Source of the DNA: Octopus bimaculoides
Lineage: Eukaryota
Assembly (NCBI RefSeq): GCF_001194135.2
Contig: NC_068985.1
Coordinates: 101,834,041-101,898,040 of the forward strand
DNA: 64,000 nucleotides
Reading direction: 5' to 3'
A model generated the notes under the pieces. That model made no database searches. It saw only the letters and a list, made by a program, of their open reading frames with translations, and was not told where the DNA came from. The position numbers were made by a program, and so were the translations under genes. Of the stretch, positions 37,313 through 50,852 are shown one piece after another (positions within the stretch are counted from its first letter, which is position 1; the number at the start of each line of letters is the position of its first letter).

Positions 37313-39509
37313 TTGTCACTTTATATTGTTAAAGTTAATGAAGATTACGACTCTCAGTATGTTGACATAATCCATTTGATCTTTTGATAGTATTTTCAAC
37401 AATTGGTATTCTTTTACGAAAATATATTCAGTTGTGTTTTACTTTTGTAGCGGCTAAACGAAAGAGATATCTTTTGTCATTTCATGCAAAGAGAAAGTCT
37501 GAAACGAATTCACATCATATATATGATACATCTATGCTTTCAAATAGTGTCTGGTGGCCCTGAGATGTATGGTATATGTTTATGTGAGAGTGCAACTAGT
37601 TCAAAAGAATATCTGCATATTACAACATACTTTTCGCATCTTTCCATTTCGTTTGATCATTAACGGTTGTTAAAGTTTGCGTTTTTTAGTACACTTCTTT
37701 GTTCGGATTTCTGGGTCTCTCTACTTAAGTCTGTATCCAAGTGGTTTTGTTTTTTTGTTTAATATTATGTCAAGTTGATCCTAATGGACCAGACCTACAA
37801 TTAAGACGTTTCAACAACGACAGTCACTGCTGGTTATGTATTCTAATATATATTTTGTCAATGGTGTTCTGATAGTAGGGAGTTATTTGAATGTAAGTTT
37901 TTACTCTATCTGCTATATTATTACACCATATTCCGCCTCATTCATGGGGTTATGTGTGTGAGTATATATATATGTGTACGTATATGTTTATGATTCAACG
38001 CGTACTTTAATCTTAATTCAAATTAATGTATACGCTCTGCGTTACTGCAGTGCAAGCACTCCCTGAGAAGCAGAGCGTTCTAGTTAAGGTATGTCAATTC
38101 CGTAATGGGATTCCATAATCTCTTCTAACTACAGTGCAATATATTGATTACGAACTCCAGTACAAGTCCGAGGAAATATATCAAGGAGTTGCTAAGTGAG
38201 TTTCTTCTTTCCTTTTTATCTTTATATATCCGGGAGGTTGATGTGGAAACTAATGATAGTGCTAATGCTGTGTTCCTCTTTATTCCTAGTGGCTTAATGA
38301 TACTACCATTCAATAAATAAGAAAACGTGATTAGATATTCGTCAAGATATTTTATGAGTTTATCCCCAAATGTACCTCCTCATACTGTTTATGATATCTG
38401 TAATATCCGAAATCTAATATTCAAGAAATCCATAAATTAAATCATATAAAATAACATAGGTAACTTTTCTGATTCCAATACTTTTCAATAGATTTCCCTT
38501 ATCGTAATTGCTATTATATTATAATTGTTATTAGGATATAGATTAGAAATTACTCTCACATATGTATTAAACTTGTATATTTGCACTCTTCCCAGCTAGA
38601 GATATTAACCTACATTAATATTTGCATTTAAATAATATTCATCATTGTTTGTTTTTTATTCTGCGATAGCCTTGTTTAGCATATCTCGCTAATAATTAAT
38701 AATTATATTAATTATTATACTCATATGAGTCCCCATGTTGAATCAGATATGTTCTTATATTTTTGGTACATATAAAAATTCACAAGATTGCCGCTCCGAT
38801 TATTCACAATTAACATTTCTCTGTAAATTATTTCATTTACGCACCTAGATATACTTCAGAGTGACGTACTGCGGTGTGAGTGATACTATGTAGTCCATGA
38901 GCTATATTCTGGTGCTTTAATTAACACGTTATCTCACCACAAAAGTGCATTTACTTTGTCTTAACACATTCCCACATTGGTTTAACACATTAGTTCTGTG
39001 TACCTAAAATAATTTCACATTATTCTTTCAGCCGCCGCCAAATTAAATCAACCACTATTTCTACACGTTTGGCTTTATAGTTGGTCAAATCAAGTTCAAT
39101 GCATTCGTAGATAGCTTGATTGTAAAACTTCCACGAAATATCAACAAAGTTCCTGTTCAAATTAGCAAGCAGTGAGAAATAATATAATTTCCATAGATTG
39201 CTAGACGTTTTTCTCCAAAGATTTTAACACACACACATATACATATAAATAAACATATATAAACACATAGGTAGAGAGCGTGGAGAGAGAGATAAACAGA
39301 TACAAATGTATGTACGTATATGTATATGTGTGTCTATCTCGTGAGTGTTTGCGTGCTTAGATCGGTTCCTTATTCTGTTTGGTTGCTATTGGTTCTTCCG
39401 CGCATAGTGCACATAAGGAAGCAGAATCAAAAATTAAAATCATTCAAAGCGTGGTTAATGTAACCTACATATTTTGTGTGTGTATACTTTATGAAATATG
39501 TAATCTCAT

Positions 39510-39715
39510 TGCATCGAATGTACGGCATGCCGGGCAAAATGTTCAGCAGTCATTCCTATTCCTTTACGCTCTGGATTCAAATTCAGCCAAAGTCGATTAT
39601 GCCCTTCATCTTTTTGGATTCTAGAAAATAATTACCTTTGAAGCATCGGCGTCGATGTAATAAATTATTTTCTTCCCAAATATCCCAGGCCATGTACCTG
39701 GAGTAGAGAGAATCA
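39510..39715 (+). mobile_element. Decayed tRNA-derived SINE (family of 46330)
   Basis: gccgggcaaaatg..cagc..tttacgctctggattcaaattc.gcc.a.gtcga...gcc.ttcatc aligns with the intact copy at 46330-46567. Confidence 0.8.
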
Positions 39716-42700
39716 TCATCGACGTCGTTGTTGTAGCCACAGCCAGACGTTGCTTCGCGTGACTCATAAGTTTGTTCGTCTATTTATACGCGAAACAATT
39801 GTTAATTCGTGAGATCACGTTATATAATGTTTATGCAAACCAACCAGAATACATAGGGCTGCGTGGCCTTACTATTTCGGACGCTTTTTGAACTCAATTT
39901 TTTTAAGGAGGCTTTTAACATTTGACTCTGCAAAAAAAGTTGTTTTTTTTAAATTGCGTCGGATCAAACTGAAGAGGGAGAGTGAAGTTGTCAAACAAAT
40001 ACTTATGTTATGTATGGCAGGACAGAAGATTTATTTTCAAGAGTTGAGATTTTGATCTGCAAATAATTTGCACAATAATAGTAATAAGAGAAATAACTTC
40101 AAAAACAATACTAAGAAAAGCTAAAACAGTAGCAGCAGGAAGACTTCTAAGACGGAATTATGCTCATGCAGGGAGAGGGGTGTGATGATTTTATCGCTGA
40201 AAATTCAAAGTTCAAACAATTGAACAATTGATACATCGGCAAACGAGTGAAGCATTAAAAGTAAAAATAGTACTTTAACAACATAACGACAGCAATGATA
40301 TCAAAGGTGTTAGCAGCAGCAACAGCAGCAGCAGCAGCGAGAAAAGCACTAGATAACAATGGCAACACAAGCTGTAAGAGCAACAGAAGCAATGAAAGGC
40401 AGCAAAAATGTTGTGCTTAGATAACAAAAGTTTCCGACTTTGATTCACTCAGTAAAAACATGAACATTTAGAAGATGCTGAGAAATACATCAAGAAGACC
40501 AGCAAGTAGTAACGTAACGCTCAATATAATACAACGCATTTTATACCAAATAGCCAGAATAACATTTTGTATAGACGTTTATAAATGATGTGAGTGTATA
40601 CTTTCACAGAGGACGGAGTTCTATTTCAGAAACATTTACCCAGAAAATAACTCTGCAGCAATCTGTGGATTAGAATGCAACCGTGTTAATTTCAACCTGG
40701 AATTCCTACCATAGAACCATTCTGCTGTTCCACAAATGACTGAATTTTTTGCACCGATTCCAATTAATCTGTAGGAGAAGGAGGAGCGTAAAATCTCACA
40801 CATATCAAAAGAACTAGACTTCCAGCGAGTTGTTAAATGCGTGGCTTCTAAGGGCACTAGCAGGATGCTAGAAATATAATGATCCCTATTGGAAAATTAG
40901 ATTGGCATGGGGCTGGGGACATAACAGTCGCAATCACAATCATAAACACAAACGGATACATCAGATAAAACAACATCATGCAAACTCAGCTAGTTGTATT
41001 GCAATTTCGAATAAAAGACTGGAAGCAGCGACGAGAGAAATAAAAACAACGCCACCAAAAGCGAAAACCAATTAAAAAAGATGAAAGGAAATACACCGCC
41101 ACCGAGGGACATCAGATATTATCACAGAAACAGTCCCAATAGCAACAGATTCAAACAACAAGTACAAGATACCAACAACAGAACAGTTTCCTCCCCACAA
41201 TACATGTTCTTCATCAACCCACAATAGGTCGTTTGATGGTGACGCCAAGGAGAGAGACTAAATGGCAAAATAGTTATTAACGCAAAGAAAAGAAAAACAA
41301 AGCAATAATCTTGAACAAAACAGGGAGGTATGTAAACGTAGACTGAATGCTTCGAAGCAATGTTGCATCAATACACCTATAGGAACAGTTAGTGTAGTAC
41401 TGTCAAAGCCACCAACACTTCAAACACATTCACCACCATTACAATTGCAACACTCTAATTCACATTCATAATAGTCACATGACAAGTCCTAATACAGATA
41501 AAAAACGGAAATCATTAACTACGCGACCAGAGGTGCATGCAACACAAATTAATGGCTCACGTAATGTAACACACAAACCTTAAACACACACAACAGCTAT
41601 ATTTAATAAAACCTTCCAGGACATATAATATTCATGAAATATCACAAAACATATTTTCAAAAATATATAACCTAAAATAGGAGATTTCAGGAGAAATACA
41701 CACACGCACACACACACACACACGCGCACACATACACACACGCACACGTACACACATATATATACACATACACACACGCATGCATGCACACACGTACACA
41801 CACAAAAGCACATTCACACACACACACACACAGTCTTTTCAAATTCTTTTCATATGCTCAGGAGGCACACGGAACCACAAACACTTCCGCACACATTTCT
41901 CCAGTATCAAAATGTTGCTATCGCATAGTGAAGGGGTTTGTCTACCAATGCTCATTGCGATTACTTCGCTACCTTCTTTCAGTGAGAAAGGCAGGTCGCC
42001 GTTATCTGCCTGGTGACCTTAGTGAAAGAAGTTGTGTGGTGGACAAGACTGAAAAGACTGAAGAGAATCACCTTTCTCTTATGCCAACACCTCACTGACT
42101 TTTACAAATTTCGTTTCAAAAGGGGAATATAGGAGGGAAGTGAAGTATTGATTTGCAGAAAATTTCTTGAAGGGTAGTTGAATATTGCAAGGGTGATCCG
42201 GTCGAATGGCTCGACCTGCTCACGCCGCCTGTGGATAAAGCAAGATGGCTTGCCTACTTTCTTCACTGATCTGTGTCACTTTAGTATTGTTGCGTTTCCT
42301 CCTGCAATGCACTGAATTCCCCGAGTTTGATGGAAAGATCTCTTGTTTCAATATTTTTTTTTCTTTATATCTGTTTCCTGTGTCTTATTTTAATGCTTCA
42401 TATAACCCATGATGCATCGTAATGCATTGCCCTTTAACTGCCCTCGATCTTATGAAACTCCTTAATGATTGGTAATGATTGGTAAAGGAAACGATGTTGT
42501 TCTTGTTGGTGGTGGTGTTGTTGTTGCTGTTGTTGTTGTTGTTATTGTTGTTGTTGTTGTTGTTGGTGTTGTTGTTGTTGTTGCTATTGTTGCTGCTGCT
42601 ACTGTTGTGATTGTCATTTTTAGATAACAACATTGACATCAACAACATCAGCAACGACAACAAAAACAACAACAATGGCACCAATAATAATGATAATAAT

Positions 42701-44164
42701 ACTAATACTACTACTACTACTACTAATAATAATAATAATAATAATAATAATATGCTATAAACTTTATCGTTTCCAATACTTGAGGCATAATGTATGAACA
42801 ATAGAATATTTCTTTGATCATTAACCTCAACGAAAGACGGAAATATTTCTCGTTCAGATATCTACATTGTACATAAAGATTGCTATTATAGTTCTTGCTC
42901 TCCTGTTGTTGTTGTTGTTGTGGTTGTCGTTATTGTTGCTGTTGTTGTTGTTACCGCTGCTACTGATGTTAATGTTACCGTGTTACCGAATCTTCTGCTA
43001 CAATCGTTTCTTACTTTTCATAGATGCTTAATGATTTATCAATGTCTATGTATATGACATTGTTGTACATCAGCCTGAGAAAAAAAAAAAACTCTTCAAG
43101 TGATATATCGCTGCATTGTTTCTTTTTTTTTTTTGGCTTTGTTTCTTGCTTTTCGAATAATGAGTAGGAAATATTTCTATACTTTGTAAAGGGCGAGCTA
43201 CTTAGGAACTTTTCACATGTCTTTTAAGCTTCACATCACGGAAACAATAGAATTATTTGAGTTTTCTTTGGCATGTTTTAAATATCTTTTCTTGCATGAC
43301 TCATACTTAGACATACTTCCCTATTAAATACTTTTCCAAATGCTATGATTACATTTGCAAATTTTCTACAACGGCTCAAATGTATATATACATTTACCTG
43401 ATTGGGCTTCTTCAGTAGCTTGTATCCCTTGGCAAGCTCATGCCAAGAAAAAATTAACTGGTATTGATCTGGGAAAAAAAAAAACAGTAACTAAAAAATA
43501 ACCGGCTGACTGAATTAAAATTTGTAATGAGTGACAGAAGTAATTGTTCGAAATAGTAATTTGTGTATCATTCTTAACGCAGATGCAACGTTGAAAGACT
43601 GATAAACTGCAATAGTCTACTCAAATTAGCATCTCACATACACGTACATTAACAGCAGGCGAAAATCATCCACAAGTGTAACTGGTATTGCTTACTATAC
43701 ATTTATGCTTCTTTGCACTTCTAATGAAGCAACTATCTGCTGTATGGTACATAGATTGGTGTACAGAATCAGCACTGCTTCTGTCGCGCATAAAAAAATT
43801 CTTAGTCAGCCCGCCACTCAAGTGCGACGTCAGTGATCTTCCAGTCGCTGTTTTACTATATCAGCAGTGAATGAGTTTGTCACAGATTCCGGTTCCAGTT
43901 AATATTTGCTACTGACAAATCTCAGAAATACGTCTTTAGAAATGCCACCAACTACGTTGGATCATTTTCTCTCGTTACTGATAAATTTCTGTTCCTTCAA
44001 TCTTATGTGTCTCAAGGCAAATGCACTCTCAAGGAGAATGCAGTAACTCCACGGAAGCTCTCAAAGATTTATCGGCTTAAGTATAATACACACACACCCA
44101 CACACCCACACACGCACACACGCATACACACACACAAACAAACACACACACAAACATATATAGC

Positions 44165-44316
44165 TGCAGGCATGGTTGTATGGTAAGAAGCTTACTTCCC
44201 AAACATAATTCCGGGTCCAGTCCCAATGCGTGGCAATTCGGGCAAGGGTCTTCAGCTATGGCCTGGGCCGACCATATGCTTGTGAGTGGATTTGGTAAAC
44301 AGAAACTGAAATAAGC
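44165..44316 (+). mobile_element. tRNA-derived SINE 5' half (family of 29971)
   Basis: ggcatggttgtatggtaagaagcttacttccc...gggtccagtccc..gcgtggca...gtgagtggatttggtaaacagaaactgaaataagcc. Confidence 0.85.
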
Positions 44317-44351
44317 CAATTTCGGATACCGGGGTCCGGCATCTCATCAGT
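44317..44351 (-). ncRNA. Hammerhead ribozyme core with stem II (Penelope-associated), truncated by a SINE
   Basis: Minus strand CTGATGA-gatgccgg-acc-ccggtatc-c-GAAA: exact core boxes plus a 7-8 bp stem II; directly downstream of a PLE RT fragment. Confidence 0.6.
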
Positions 44352-44354
44352 GGT

Positions 44355-44630
44355 TAAAATCTTTTTTTACAGGTGTAAGGGTTATTTCCTCGCCAAAAAC
44401 ACTATCTTCTACAGCTTTATTATATTGGGGCAACACGATTAAGAATGTTTATATTGAGGAGAGGCTAGAAATTCTCTTGCTAATGTTTTTAACTACATTC
44501 TTAAATATTATTGGGGAATTGCAGGAACCTTCATTAATATAGGTAAGTCTATCGTTGGGCTTTCTATAGGGTTTATATATATTCTTATTTAAATCTAAAG
44601 ATACATCTAAGTAATTGACAACAATCAGGA
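44355..44630 (-). mobile_element. Penelope-like RT C-terminal fragment (family distinct from 4290)
   Basis: VVNYLDVSLDLNKNIYKPYRKPNDRLTYINEGSCNSPIIFKNVVKNISKRISSLSS..NRVAP.YNKAV matches PLE (F/Y)LDV.L.L....YKPYRKPN....Y....S.HP...... Confidence 0.85.
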
Positions 44631-44826
44631 TAGTATATATACATATATGTATGTATATATATATACATATATGTATATATACATATACATATATGTGTAT
44701 ATATATACATATACATAGACGGTACCCGCACAGGTGATCCCCAGGAGTGCCTCCGGATTTAAACATCCCCTGGTTGATTGGATGCTTCAGACTACCCCTG
44801 AAGGATCGAGGCAAGCCTATCACTTA

Positions 44827-44905
<79 letters not shown>

Positions 44906-45310
44906 GCATATGTATGCATGTATTTCTTCTGTGAATAATTTTATGGGGTGCATGAGTTTTATGCGTAATTTTCATATGATAAACTACTTATCCACGTTGG
45001 AGTTTCAGCGAACAGGGTTGGGGATCATGCTTGAAATATCCCTATGAGTTATTCCAGCGTAAATATCCGCACATTTAGTCCCTCATTCAGATCTTCTACC
45101 CACTTTATATGTCTATAACTATAGCATAGTTATTGTTCACAATCAGCAGCATGATCATGGTCTATGTTCCTTAATTTCACTTTTTATCTACATCGTATTG
45201 TGTTCGAGCCTGTGCTTTGATGCCTTGGGCAACCATTTTCTATTGTAGTCGAAGTATAACTTATGCCTTATTGAATGAACTTGGTACATATAAAACTATG
45301 AAAATATCCA

Positions 45311-45359
<49 letters not shown>

Positions 45360-46329
45360 AGCGTTTGTGTGTCCGTGTGTGTGTGTATGTGTGTGTGTGT
45401 CTGTGTGTGTGCGTGAAGAAATGTGTGAAAGACCATTTGACTCTTCAGAATGGGTGATGCATATGTATTCGGAATATTCCCCTGATAGCAAAGAAGAATC
45501 TTGCCTTCATATTTTGTGTATGATCATACGAATTGTCTTGTATGTAAAATTAATCCACGTTAACGCATGATAATATAAATATCTCATTTCAAGTAGCTAG
45601 TATTCATATGTTTACAGCTTCTTATAGAAATTCTAAAGAAAAATGTATAAATTTTTAATTTCCGTACCGATCCAAAGATACTAAAAATTCTTCCTTTTTA
45701 TTTATAAGATAATCCTTCTGCATTGATACCAGAGTTATTAATTCTCGAACGTCAAACTTATTACACAACGTGAATTCAGCTATACTGCTATAATACTTTT
45801 ATAATTTTATAGACAGCCATAAGCTTCTAAATTTCGGCAGCTGGAAATTGATATGTGCGATTGCTAATGACTATTTGCTGAAATAATAAACTCCTCAATC
45901 CTAGCTGCCAAATTATCTTCAGATTACCTGCGAATGTCTATTTTTACTAAAGAATAAATAAACCCTTATTAATGATATCCTATATGTAATCGCATTATAT
46001 TAATTCATAATCTCGCTGTATTAGTACTGTATTGCTTAATTTCCGGTTTCCAGTCTTGCGGCTTTACGATAATTTTGTGATATTTGTCACAATTTGTTTA
46101 CAATTTCTACAGCAAGCTGTAACCTTAAACACTTCGACAGCTGGTATGTGAGGACAGAGATCCATGGTGAATCTGTAATTAAATACAAAGCAGCTGCTCT
46201 GTTTATTACTTGTAACTGTTCAATAGACTTCCATTTTCGCTATAATACTAAGCATATTTTAGTTAAACATATTGTCAAAAGTATTTTAATGAAATAATAA
46301 CAAAAATCAACACCGGTATTGAAGAAATA

Positions 46330-46567
46330 CCTGCAAGGCGGTGAGCTGGCAGAATCGTTAGCACGCCGGGCAAAATGCTTAGCGGTATTTCGTCTGCCCT
46401 TACGTTCTGAGTTCAAATTCCGCCGAGGTGGACTTTGCCTTTCATCCTTTCGGGGTCGATAAATTAAGTACCAGTTACGCACTGGGGTCGATGTAATCGA
46501 CTTAATCCGTTCGTCTGTTCTTGTTTGTTCCCTCTATGTTTAGCCCCTTGTGGGCAATAACGAAATA
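46330..46567 (+). mobile_element. Intact tRNA-derived SINE with 15-bp target-site duplication
   Basis: A-box-like tggcagaatcgttagc, B-box gagttcaaattcc, 3' stem-loop gtcga-tgtaa-tcgac; TSD ggtattgaagaaata at 46315-46329 and 46568-46582. Confidence 0.95.
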
Positions 46568-46859
46568 GGTATTGAAGAAATAGTAAACTTCCAGAATGAA
46601 AACAAGCATTCTGCTTAGCAACTCCAAAAGAACTGCTATGCGTGATATAAAAAGTAATTAGTGTCCAGATGCCTATCGTCTGTATTTTAGATTTTTGACT
46701 GTTGAAATAAAGTCGTGCTACACTAAATCTGATTATGATACTTTTGTAAAAACAAAATAGCCTGCAGATACAGAAGAGCTTCGAAAATACCTAAACACTT
46801 TCTGAATCAACATGGCACTTGACCAAGATATCATCTGTAGGAATCTCTTTTACCAGAAA

Positions 46860-47900
46860 ATCAGTTAAACATTTGTAGCAAGAATTATAATGTAAGAAAT
46901 CCTAAAGCTTTTACGGAGTCTTCAACTATTCCGATTACCTAGAAATGCAGATTTCATATTCGTCACATATAGACTCAAAAGTGTGAGACTTTATCTCCTA
47001 TTGGTATAATTGTAGAAAAGAACGTAAAAGGATTCTGAATACTATAGAATTTCGCCCTAAGTAGAGTTATAGAAGAGGTTAAAATCGTCAATCAAAAAGC
47101 AGTAGCAAACCTCAATCGGATTAGTGTACGTCTCAAAGTCATTTTATAATATCAACAGAAGAGCCCATTTTTCATAGATACGTTTGCCCAAGCCAGAGCC
47201 GACTACAAATATCCGCAAAGCTTTGGGCAAACATACAATCAAGGCAGTTTAAGAGCAGCTAGAATCTCTCTTTGATACAGCATAGCTACATTTCCCTGTG
47301 GCTCAAATAGAGAACATTCTTAAGTGATGTCATTAACATATCCAAAAAAAATCGTTAGCATCGCCAGGAAAGTCCAGGACGTCAGCTGAGACTGTATCGC
47401 TCGGTCTTAACTATACTGGTGGTCTTGTTCATACGACGTATCAGGTGTTTATGAGAGGCAAGACATCTTATAAGTCATTCGCATAGCAGCAAAGAAAGTT
47501 GGTGACTTTCTTAATGCAAAGAAAACAGAATACTGACAATCTCTGAAATTGGCAACCAACATCCAAATTTTTTCCGAGTATCGAACAAAAATCGAGAATG
47601 TCAATTTCTACAAGTGCTGTTGGTTATATGTTGAAGGATTGATAGTAGTAAGAGAAACGTCACACGTGGGATTGAACTCAAGTGCCAGTAGCAAGCTACA
47701 AACGTATTGTAAGGATTTATTTGAAAGTCAATGAATTTGGGCCTTCCTCGTAACATATGAATTTGGCTATTTCACTGTGGGGCTAAAACTCTTACTGCAA
47801 AAAAAAGCAAGCTTCCATATCGGGTTGACGTTATGTTCGCCAGGATGTTTAGCAGAGAAGTCCATGTCGAGTTCACAAAAAATATGATGAAATTTATCGA
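46860..47900 (+). mobile_element. Heavily decayed RTE-clade LINE RT region
   Basis: In order: IP.P..ADF, RILN, VIEEVK..N.KAV, LNYTGGLV (LDYADDL), AAKKVG..LNAKKTEY, ENVN.F.K, TLTAK..RVD.MFARM. Confidence 0.65.
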
Positions 47901-49289
47901 CATATTCTACTCAGCTCCAAAATTGTCGGTCAACGCTTGGTCATTGTTCTAGCGCTGAGCAACAGGCCGTACGAGTATTTTAATTTATGCAACCTAATAC
48001 AAAACGAAAACAATTCAACCATATTGGCGATATTGGTAGTGACTTGCAACCCCTCGTACAATGTGACACTTGCTCGAAGACCGCACACTGGGACTGAACT
48101 TGTCTGCGAAACAAATTTCTTACGAAGAGGAGCAATTTAAGAATTTTCAGGTGTCTCTTTTCAGAAATTGGACAATCATGCATAAATAAAATGTTGTACG
48201 TTAAGGATTGTAAATTATCTACATAAATATACACAAATGACTGAAAAAATCCTCTTCCTTATGTATTCTTAAACAGAAAGATTAAAATTATGTTGAAGAA
48301 AATTTAGAATGGTTTCTATTGGTCATTCTGACCAATGTCACCTCTTTTTTTAAAGTCCATTTTCCCCTCAGTACCATTAAAGTTAAAAACAAACGTAATC
48401 CTTATCTGACTATACTACGCTCTCCATCAACCTCGAATACAGAAACAGTACGTCATCAAGATCAAAAACAAATGTTATGTCTTTGAACACAAAATAAAAA
48501 TGATCTATAATAACAATTAGTATGGAAATGTGTCGGTAAAAAGTAACTAAGTAAATTCATATGACATAATTTACAGTATTTATGGCGTTGCTGTCTTTCT
48601 CTTTTCTTTTTCAAAAGTACCAGAATGGCAGCATAATTGTGCGGGGGAGACAGTTTGATAACACTGATTTTATTACATATCATTCTGACGAACAAAAACC
48701 CTCTGTTGACTCGTTAAGTACTAATGAAATTAATGTCAGTTAAGACACAAACACACAGCTACGGCAAAATTTAAAGAGTAAAATCAAGAGAAAATGTAGA
48801 CCGCTTTTAGAGAATTTTTGGCAGACCTCCAGTGATTAAATGCATGCCTGTAGAAATTATCGTGAACTAAACATTGAATATCAATGCAGGTGGTCTCATA
48901 GGACATGAATTAAGGGAAACTCTCACAAAAATAAAAACCAGTCTTGAAATGATTCTGGTCACTGCAAACTTGGAGCATATAATGATGCATTTCTCGAAGA
49001 GTGCTCCTCTGTCATATGTCAAAAGAAAATCAATAAATGGATTTAGTGTAGTATCAGATGCTTTACCTTACAAATACATATACATTTACTGTTGTTCTAT
49101 CTAAATACTATTGCTTAAATATAAAGTACAATGTAAAACAACACAATGCGAAATGTGTGTGTGTATGTGTGTATTTCTAAGTACTGATATGTACACACAG
49201 ACACACACATACATACAGACAAATACTTACATAAACTTACATAAACATCTATATCAAAACTTTGTACACACGTATGAAAGACCACTGCA

Positions 49290-50740
49290 TTTTCTTCTTC
49301 AGAGCATCCTTACCAGTGGTAAGCTCCCAGGTAAGTTGAAACGGGAATAATATGCCCTATCCATAAAGGGGGAAGCTGATTTCACACATTTCAGCCTAAT
49401 AATGGAACAAATTGTCCGAAAGAAACTAATTGCGTTCCTTGAAGAGGAATATGACACCCAGCATGACCAGGTAGAAGACGCCTGCAACAGCATTTACAAC
49501 ACTACGACAGTGTGTTAAAGCAGCTGCTCAACAACTCAAACGTGGACGTTATTTATCTCTACTTTAAAAGCATTAAGTTAGCCATGATACGGTATATCGC
49601 AAGATGTGTGACCTCGACATAGTCGGATAATTAGGAATGTGACTACACAACTTTATAAAATAGGGAAATCAGATAGCAGTAGGTAACTTGCATACTTCCA
49701 AGGAAACGCAAATAACGAGCGTTGTCACACAGACCAGTCTCTTGGGGTTACTGCTATACATATTGGCCCTTTTGGGGATACTTTCAGCTACTCAGATAGC
49801 TAACCGTCCTAGACATGCGGACGATAGAAAAGTGTCTCAGAAGATACAGAAAACTAGAGGTACTGTACACCTTTAACACGTATTGGACAAAATATACCAG
49901 TAGGTTGAGGATAATAACATGTAGTTTAATGGTGCAAAATTTCAAGCCCTGCCCTACCAGCGCATGAATTTGAGTGACATGTAGACAGAATACACTACCC
50001 CAGGAGGAATTGCAATCGCTAAATTAAAATCAGTTCGTGACCTAGACATTGACATGAGTAATGATGTATATTTCCAGTGCATGTTACATGAGTTGGCAAC
50101 ATAACGCAAGCAGCTGGCCGGATTGATCCTAGAATTTTCAGAATGAGAAAACAGATACTGGGGATGGTTCTTTGGTGGCGATTTTTGCCAGTGCAGTGTA
50201 AAATGAATGATAGAACTCGAAAATATCTGGTGAAGCTACAGAACGAAAATCATATCTCTGCGATAATCAGGTAACGGACAAAGCTGAAAAAGTTAAGAGT
50301 CTACTATCTAGAACAAAAGCTGGAAGATATGCAGTGATATACATCTGGGGAATCCTGTGAAAGTCTGGATTTGGGAAATCCTGTACCAGAGTTTCTCATA
50401 GAAAGTTACACAAACAGCAGAACATGTCTGCACACCATATTGTCAAATATATCACCATTGCCATCAAGTTGCAGGACCAAATGCTGCAACAACTTGGGTT
50501 TCAAGGGACCATGGCTCCTCAATATCCTCCTAAAAGTCCTGAGAAACAATATGTCGGGTGGATACAGGTGGTTTCAAAACAAAAGAGAGGATCTCCACCT
50601 GTCAAGATTTCCCGATGAATCTTCCTTATGGAATGAAACGCAGATGAGAACAGGTACATAAAACTGTCCTTACCACACATAAGAGTGTTTCAAGTACTGA
50701 AAGGCTAGAAAGGTAACACCGCAACACTTCCACCGTTGTA
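49290..50740 (+). mobile_element. CR1-group LINE RT pseudogene fragment
   Basis: ICPIHKGG, IMEQIVRKKLIAFLEE, LLNNSNVDVIYL, TSVVTQTSLLGLLLYI (GVPQG..LGPLLF), HADDRKVSQKI (YADDTK), EDNNM.FNGAKFQAL, KSVRDLDIDMSND. Confidence 0.88.
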
Positions 50741-50816
50741 GCTCTCAAGCGGAAACTAGCAAGAGAACAAATATAATATATACATAATTTATAAAAATGT
50801 ATGTATGTATGTATGG

Positions 50817-50852
<36 letters not shown>

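Noticed and set aside
43810-43832. GC-box, TCAAGTG and GACGTCA motif cluster as a promoter
   Set aside because: Short motifs without a transcript, CpG island or conservation evidence.
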